Assembly: GCF_964204645.1 (NCBI RefSeq)
Contig: NC_134025.1
Coordinates: 5,208,001 to 5,272,000, forward strand
DNA length: 64,000 nucleotides
Reading direction: 5' to 3'
Source: Tubulanus polymorphus
Taxonomy: Eukaryota > Animalia > Nemertea
The translations under genes and the position numbers were made by a program. This document shows, piece by piece, positions 54,116 through 64,000 of this stretch. A model generated the notes under the pieces. It had not been told where the DNA came from and made no database searches. It saw only the letters and a program-made list of their open reading frames with translations. Each line of letters opens with the position of its first letter. Positions within the stretch are counted from its first letter, which is position 1.

Positions 54116-56099
54116 ATGGAATCACAATGTTACAATAAAGGTTGTGGTAAAAAGTTCGATCCTAAAGTAAACGATGCGAATGGTAAGCTGAAATTAACAG
54201 AAGAGTGGAAAAATATCGCACTAATTAGCGAAATAAACGATCGAATAATCATATAATAACGGGTCATAGTGTTAGTCAGTAACCTGTCTGTGGTTTAGTT
54301 TCACGATCAGATATTTTCAGAAACCACATAGGCCATCCGATTATAAAAGCTTACCACCAACGAATAGGTAACCAGGTAACTAACTAACTTCATGACAAAT
54401 AATAGAATTGATGTACTGGTACTATTTTGGTTTCAGAATGCGTTCATCACCCGGGAGAACCATATTTTCACGATGGTTATAAAGAATGGACGTGCTGTAA
54501 AAAGAAAAGCAGGGACTTTACTGAATTTCTGAATTCACCTGTGAGTTAGTTTCCAGCATCACTGATATGTTATCCATGACATTTCAAACATAAAAGTTAT
54601 TTAATTCTGGCCCAAAATCCTAAAATTGAGACCTTACATGGATGGGTTATTTCACCACCTAAATAGATAAGTTGTTATGGCAGTTGAAATAATCGCAGAG
54701 TAATGTTTGTAATTTCAGGGTTGCACGACTGGATGCCATAGCAATGAAAAACCTCCCGAACCAGAAAAGCCAGTTGAAGAAGATGTGTTGCTGAAACAAG
54801 AAGTATGTTGATTTCACCCAGATGAGTAGTGAAGTGAAAACGTGATTGAAAAAACGTTTTTTGCATATTTTGTAGGTTATAACTGTCGAAGCTCCAAAAC
54901 CACCTGTACGACTAGAAAGACCATCAAATGATGATGTCATGATTCCTCTGAAACAAAATATCACATCTTCCTTAACGACTGCTTTGGAAAAATTTGCTAA
55001 TTTATCGGTAGACAATTCAATGAACAATATAGGTGAATACAATGTGTAACTGTAGTATATTTCTATTCCACTTCATCACAAAATTTGTATGACAGTCTTC
55101 GAGTTCCCTTTATTCCAGATGATCCAAATACAGTGACTGCTGGAACACCATGTGCTAATAAAGGCTGTGGGAAGGTATTCTTCATTGATATGGACATTTT
55201 TGAACATTGATTTCATCTCATGATTAACTAACATTACTTAGATTCTTTAATGTTAATCTATTCAAGGCATTTGTTGATGAAAGTAGTAATGATGAACAAT
55301 GTCACCACCATCCTGGATATCCTGTATTTCACGAAGGGTCAGTATTGCCTACTTATTCTGAAGAAAATATTTAAGGTTCCACATTTTACCATTCATATTC
55401 AATTTCTTCTCTAGGCTGAAGTTCTGGTCATGTTGCAAAGTGAAAACTTCAGATTTTGCCAAGTTTCTAGAACAGTCTGGTTGCGAAACTGGAAAGCATA
55501 TATGGAAGAAAAAAGGGGTATGATCTGATTGGATTATGTGGAATATAAAACAGTTGATAGATTCTACAGTCTCCAGTTAAACACACCTTTTAGAACTTGC
55601 CTTGAATCAACAAATTCGTATTTCATATTTTTCAGGATAAGAAAAAGTTACAGCAGTGTAGGGTTGACTGGCATCAAACTGGTTCTTACGTGACTATATC
55701 TATATTTGCTAAGGCTACAAGTCCAGAAAATGCTTTGTTTGAAGCAAATGGAGTTAGCGTAAAAGTCCACCTCGAGTATGAAGGTTGCCAATATGAATTT
55801 GATCGATTGTTTAATCTATGTGGGGTAAGCTATTAACAGAGGACTAAAACCTTTACATGAACCACTAGAATTTAGGATGATATTCAAGATTTCATTATTG
55901 GGAATTCATTACATTGGTTGTGCTAGGGTATGGAGGAACCGAATATATGAAAAAAGTTTTCAGGCGATGGCTAAAATGTGAAATCTTATTTCAGATCATT
56001 GATCCAAAATCTAGTGCCGTCAAATTACTTGGAACCAAAGTAGAAATTAATCTAAAAAAAGCCGAACCATTTAGTTGGACAGCTTTAGAACAATCGTGA
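54116..56099 (+). CDS. CHORDC1: Cysteine- and histidine-rich domain protein 1 (CHORD-CHORD-CS; morgana/CHP-1)
   Basis: CYNKGCGKKFDP, CVHHPGEPYFHDGYKEWTCC, a second CHORD (CANKGC...CHHHPGYPVFHEG.KFWSCC) and a CS domain (CRVDWHQT...GTKVEINLKKAEPFSW). Confidence 0.93.
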
Positions 56100-56378
56100 T
56101 CGAATCGAACTCAATTTAGAAACGCTGAACACATGGATCTTCAACTAGTACTGACAGTTGTTGTTTGAATATGCATTTGACAAACAGATGTTGTTTTGTC
56201 GTCGACAGCCCACCATGAACAAATAAAACTTGGCTGAAATTGGCATTTTTGCTATTGGAATGTGTAGCATGTATGTTTTCATCAATCACTTCCTCATGTT
56301 TCAAGTAGAAATAAACCTTTAATTTATCAGAACATAAGAAATCATTTCATTCTATGTTTAATGTCTTGCTGCCATCCT

Positions 56379-56488
56379 CATAGTCAACTGGTAAAATAGT
56401 GGCCGAACATCTTTGCTAGCACGATTTACTAGCACGATTATTCCTTTCTAGCACCGAAAAGTTTAGAAACTGGATGAAGTCGACTGTG
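56379..56488. mobile_element. Small inverted-repeat element
   Basis: CATAGTCAACT ... AGTCGACTGTG imperfect TIRs, with internal CTAGCAC(GATT) repeated three times. Confidence 0.35.
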
Positions 56489-56511
56489 CTTAGTATACAG
56501 CAACCCATGTA

Positions 56512-56671
56512 CAGTGGAACCTTGTAACAAACTTCAGGGGACCAGATAATTTGTTCATTAACCCACAGTCCATTATATCCAGCATGAAAGTAATAGATAT
56601 TGTCATATTCGGGACGAAATTCTAGGTTCGTTATAACTGATCGTTGAGGTCATTAAAACGAGATTCCACTT
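56512..56671. mobile_element. Tc1/mariner-pogo (Tigger-like) MITE
   Basis: TA + CAGTGGAACCTTGT ... ACGAGATTCCACT inverted termini, with internal GGGGACC/GGGACG and GTTCGTTATAAC motifs. A short similar end (TACAGTGGAACC) lies at about 32373. Confidence 0.65.
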
Positions 56672-57001
56672 CATGTCGGACAACTCTGGACCAGCAGTTT
56701 GACATAAAAAGAAATCAGTCAAGTCAGATTTAGGGACTTTTTCCTTTTTACTTAGGTCTGTTTAGGATAATTCGTACGTTCATTACATACCAATTTTGCT
56801 GTGTATGTGGACAACAACAACACAAATTGCCAAATAACATTTATTGGTTACTTTCTTAAGATAAAATAAATAAGGCAGTAGAAAAGTCCCAAAACAATAA
56901 ATAGATTCAGTAGAAATTTTACACCTCTAGCAGCAACGTAGAACTAGTTGTAGATCGCCTGTAACTATCGTCCCCAAATAACCAAGTGCTTTAAAATCAT
57001 C

Positions 57002-58906
<1,905 letters not shown>

Positions 58907-60019
58907 TCAATGAATACTTGTATTCTATTGTATATTAACAAAATAATTATAAATATATGGTCTAGTGTACAAAAATGCCAAAGCCGAAAAAGGAGAATGA
59001 ATAAAGTTTTAATTGAATTGGTTTATGTTTTGGATATTTCCTCAACAATGCCTTTTTAAATCCTATGTACAAATCGAATTATTAATGTAAAATTTGGACA
59101 TAATTTCAGTTTCCTTCTATTTTCTCTACAAAGGCCTTATATATTTTCGTAATCATAGGTTGAAACGATAATTCGATAAATTCTTACACCACGTCAACCA
59201 GATCTCAAGTTTCACTTCCGCGTCAACGAAGATAGCACTTACTGTCATGATTCACAGGACCTAACAGTAGCACAGCGGTTAGGTTCGAATCCTTTTAAGT
59301 AAGATTATCTCCGTTAAAGAAATCATTTGGATGAATATGAAAAGAAATTAACCAATGTACTTTGAATTTGAAAATTAATCATATCCTATTGAAATTTTTG
59401 AATGATCCTAAATCTTTAGATCATGGAGATTCTTCAAGGGCACATTGCGGATGCGGCGCAGTCTTATATTTCGATCAAAGGATCCGAGGGAGAAGAATAA
59501 TTTTTTTGTAAACATTTGACCCCTACCGATGTTAGAGGATAAATTCATAAAATTGTATCAATTTGTCATTTTGATAATCTTTCGCATCCGTTATGAGTTG
59601 AATCTCGTTCCCAGTCAATCCGAACCTGCGAGCACCGTCTCCGCTGCGGCCTACTGTTTGGTGCGTGACTGAAAATTACAAATGGCCTTTCTAATAAGAG
59701 CTTGTAGATAAATAAACCCGATGAAAAAGATATTACTAAAAGAGATTATAGATTTTAATGCGTATTTTTTGCAATAACGTGATGATGAATCGCGTGTCTA
59801 GCTAGGTGGTGCGTATTTACACTCCACCTAGATGACCATTATTGATGACCTGAAATTATTATCATATCAGATCGGTTTCGGCATAAAAATCTTTTAGAAT
59901 TTCACTTCAAACAGCTGTGTTTGACAAAAATCCCCTCGATAAAAGATGAATTATTGTTGTAAACCACAATATAATCCTTGAATAAATAATTCTGCACGGA
60001 AAATTAAAACATTACCGAG

Positions 60020-60100
60020 TATAAAATGAGAAGGTCCACAGCCTGAATCCGTCACTCCCTTTGCAGAGACGTCAGCTTAGATCTCACATCCAGACGAAAG
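60020..60100 (+). promoter_or_regulatory. TATA box and non-coding first exon of the CAP gene
   Basis: TATAAAA at 60020, Inr-like TCACTC about 30 nt downstream and an AAG|GTAAGA donor at 60100. Confidence 0.55.
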
Positions 60101-60422
60101 GTAAGATAGTGTGTACGATTGATGTTAAAAGATATGTAATTCATGTGGAAATTTGGATATCAACCTGCTTTTCGATATTCGGCACTTCATATTAACACTC
60201 TAGGTATCTAAGAAAGGTATGTTGTCTTTCCCTAAATTTTCGGATTTCTTTTCGATAATTAATTTTTTCTATTGGATATGTATCTAGTATAGAAACCAAA
60301 ATGGTGATTTCCTTTTTGGAGAATTTGAATTTCGTGCCGTAAAAGTTTCAATCGAAAAACTATCTTTTTATTATAACGGAGGATTTTTCTCGTATTTGAA
60401 AATCTCTTTAGGACTTTTGGAA

Positions 60423-61451
60423 ATGAATTTAGCCATGATAAGCACTGTAGTTGTGGTGTGCTCGGTGATCGCTTGTGCCTCAGCGGGTATAACTAGTATT
60501 TCAGTTGATGCTCACAATAAGGCACGGTCCTCTCATAATCCGTCGATTAAAGATCTTGTAAGTTTGTTTTATATTTCATTCTTCGTGAATGAAACTACAT
60601 TGCATCCTCAGTCTGTTGATATTCTGTTCGTTCAAATTTTTACATTGCGTATGTGATATTCTAGTCAGGAAAGTCTGCGCTTAAATCTGCTGCCCAATCC
60701 TGGGCCGAGCAATGTTCGTACGGTCACAGTGAAAATGCTAAAAAAGGCATCTATGGCGAAAATATCTACATCAAAACTAACAGACCGAATGTCGTTATGT
60801 CTAATTCGGAAGCGTTGACTGCTGCAGTTGACAACTGGATGGCCGAGAAACAATGGTACAAATATTCGGATAACTCTTGTTCCGCACCAGAAGGAAAATC
60901 TTGTGGTCATTATACCCAGGTATTTGTTATAGGATGTACAGATAAGGTAATCGTTATGAAAATGTTCGCATTCACGAAATGCTCAATATGTTTCTTCCTT
61001 GCTGGTCTAAGGTTATCTGGAAAAACACGGACAGGGTAGGTTGTTTCAACAAAGTCTGCGATACCTCGGATCCTGCAGTAAAGAGAAACTACGTTGTCTG
61101 TAACTATGAAAAACCGTAAGTTTTTCAACGAAACATTAGAAAATAGATGCATAAAAACGATTTAATTCTATTTCACAATGCACAATTTGTATTCATGTAT
61201 ATATCAGTTGCAAAATTCACTTGGAGTGTTAGACTGGACTTAGTTCTTACAAACATAGATTTGGATGAAATCCTTTAAAACTAAAATGGAGTATAAACAA
61301 ATCGCAGCTTTTGAAGAGGGCGATTGCAGAAAATGCATGAAAATCATTTTAGATGTACGTAGACTAAGTTCAATATGTCATCTTGAGCGCACCATAATAA
61401 TCTAATCCTTTATTTTTCAGTGGTAATATGGCCGGACAGAAACCATATTAA
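60423..61451 (+). CDS. Secreted CAP/SCP (PR-1/CRISP-like) protein, single domain
   Basis: Signal peptide MNLAMISTVVVVCSVIACASA, then AHNKARS, AQSWAEQC, GENIY, GHYTQ|VIW, VVCNY and GNMAGQKPY stop. Confidence 0.9.
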
Positions 61452-61937
61452 AGTCATATTTTTCGGAATTTGGATAATTAGATTGTCGTGTGTGAAAATA
61501 AAAAGCTAACTAACAAACTGTCAGCGCGGCGTTCCTTCCATTTTCATTGAATTTAACATTGGGTTCATAATGTTCCATAAATCACATAAATGATATTATG
61601 CCAGGCATTTGACTTCTAGATTAATATGTACATATCCTTTTTCAACATGATTTTACACAGGCATGTTGAGAATTAGCCGATGCATGCCCCCCATGCAGGT
61701 TTAAATGTTTGCATAGGTTATTTCGGATTTTGGTAACGACGGAAGTTCGCAGTTTTTTGCCGGAAGTTTAACACGCTCCTCTTGACAAGATGACATCTTC
61801 ATGTAGGTGGCGTCGGCGGTTTCTAAAACGAGGGAAGATGCATGCAGAATGTAGAGTACCAAAGATTAAGAAAGTTCACAGTGTACGGTAATTAATTTAG
61901 ACAGCTATCGCCAAATTTGAAGTACCGGGGCTAGCGG

Positions 61938-63550
61938 CTACGCTCCCCGATGATATCCATGGTTATTTTCTATAAAATATGTTTTCGATGTACACAGTAG
62001 ATCAAAAGTCTACGATTTTGTAGTGGCAACACCTACCATCTTGATCTTGACAAGGTATGTCCACGATACATTTCATACCTTTCTGGTGCTTGGATGTGAT
62101 CGTATCATCCAATAGATCAATCGGATCTGCGTACTCGGTATCTACAGAGAAAATCACGGTTAAAGATACACACGAACCCGAAAGCAATGAACAGGATGAC
62201 GACACGATAGACAATACTGAGAAAACTGATAATAGTTTTTCCAAAATAAAGAGATACTGTAAACCTCGCTTTATTCGGACAAACTGGAATTGGCAAAAAT
62301 TGGTCCGATGTTCTAGTAAAAGGCCGAGATATGAAAACACTTAGCAAATGACAAAAATAACTTCGTTTTTGTCCAAGTTAGTCTAAACTTTGAGTTGGTC
62401 GTGTCCGAGTAAGGTGTGTTTTACAGAACATGTTAATTAATACCTACCTGATTGTTTTAGCGTTGATTCGACGTAAACATTAGAAACGAGCGGTTTGTTT
62501 GAGGATCTCGACGACTGCCGATCAACTGACAATCTGTGTTAGGAAATCACGTATATTCATATATTGAAAAAAATCGAGTTAGATTGATCTTAGATCGATT
62601 TTAGATCGATTTTATACGCAAATTACTCACGCAGTCTTGGATCTACTATGTTTCCTGCCTCTAATTGCGAAGACAACGCACGTAACGCCAAGGATGATCG
62701 CTAAACAGGCAGTAACAGCAAGTAACACGATGATACTCTCCCGTGAAACAATCTTAAAACCTTAATAACGACAGAAGAACGTTAGTTGTAGTTGGATAAT
62801 TTTGTTTTAAGCAAAAATCACAAAAATGCTCTTGAATCGAAATCTTTTCGCAACTCAACAAAAAAGTGTTTCCGAATGTGAGCTCACCTCTTTCATAAGA
62901 CTTCGCAGATAACGAAAGATCTTTTTCATCTTCGACTGAAACTAAATAAAAAGCGATTACGCCAAGTTCGATCGAGATATAAATGCCAAATGAAAATGAT
63001 AATTTCCTAGTGCGGAAATGATTACAGTCTTCATGTCTCTTACCTTTTGTCGGTAGTGGTGTTTTCACTGATATAGACATCTGATCTATCGAATTGTTCG
63101 CGTAACAATACCATATACCCGACACTTCTTCTCTGATATCTGTGATTGCCACGCGAAATTCACCTGACCTCCAGTCACAAAGCTCCTTTAAAAACATCCC
63201 GAAGATGTCATTCACTAAGCTTATTCTTACACGTGCAATACGCAAAATTCTTGCTGATGAATAATAATTTTTTTGTATATATACTTTACAAAATCCATGA
63301 AATCCTACCTTTCTTATTTTCCTGAATCTACTTCTGAAAACCTGACAGTTTTCTGCGATCGACTTTGGGTACCTGTCTCCTGGTAGTTTATGGCGCAGAA
63401 GAAGTGGTTTTGAGAGGAAGTCACTGGTAGAGCACTGGATTTTCAGCGTGTCGCCCACGGTAGGATTTGCATCGCTTGCGTTTATGTGGACTTTAGCCAT
63501 CGCTGGCATAAACCCTAGTAAGAAAAAAAGAATCAGTATTGAAGTTTTTC
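61938..63550 (-). CDS. Single Ig-domain type I membrane receptor with cytoplasmic tyrosine motifs; start codon not located
   Basis: Signal-like ILILFFLLGFMPAMA, Ig (VGDTLKIQC ... SGIWYC), TM IIVLLAVTACLAIILGVTCVVFAI followed by RGRK, and tail exons with SNVYVE and TEYADP. The last exon is tentative. Confidence 0.7.
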
Positions 63551-64000
63551 TCGATTAGAATATGGTTCAAAACTACCCCATATATCTTGAATCGGGTGCC
63601 ATGATTACTCCTGATGTTAAAAGATTGTCTTGCCATTTTTTTTTAGTGAGTTGAATGATAAAACAATGTTTCATTCAGTAAAAAGAGCCTCTCCGACCAA
63701 CAGCACTCTAGCAGAAATTGAAAACCAGTCTCAGATTTTTAGGTTTGCCCCAATAAATGAATCAGTGGTTATTTTGGAATTATTCCTTTTTGGTTATGAA
63801 TGCAACTGAGTATCGGATTTCTAAAAATTCTATCAAAGTTTTGTAAATCTAATGAACGATATTAACTTAGCTTATGTGGAGTCAGTTTTTAACATACCGT
63901 AACACAACAAACAGAGCCAAATCAAAGTTCTTCTCATCTTGTATCGATCCATCCCATAATGATAATAAATTAATGATCAATGTCAAATGCATTTTATATG

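Noticed and set aside
62680-62700. Apparent frameshift in the Ig receptor TM exon
   Set aside because: Re-reading gives ATC ATC CTT GGC GTT, so the frame is intact.

Overview
Gene-dense, AT-rich animal genomic DNA with short spliceosomal introns (mostly about 55-150 nt), most consistent with an invertebrate, probably a lophotrochozoan (inference). Genes in order: RNF17/qin-like RING-B-box-Tudor gene (-, runs off the left edge), phenylalanine hydroxylase (+, two alternative first exons), BTBD10/KCTD20 (-), a decayed tandem duplication of BTBD10 plus an orphan gene with a frameshifted intronless GPCR inside the duplicated intron, the intact orphan gene (-), a GC-rich hairpin island, a SEZ6/CSMD-like CUB-sushi receptor (-), TMTC3 (-), CHMP2B (+), CHORDC1 (+), GDP-L-fucose synthase GFUS/TSTA3 (-, with a U12 intron), a secreted CAP/PR-1 protein (+) and a single-Ig transmembrane receptor (-). 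There is no CRISPR array, rRNA or intact tRNA. All exon boundaries were read by eye. The most notable items are the duplication with the GPCR insertion, the orphan gene, the unexplained structured GC island and the alternative PAH N-terminus.
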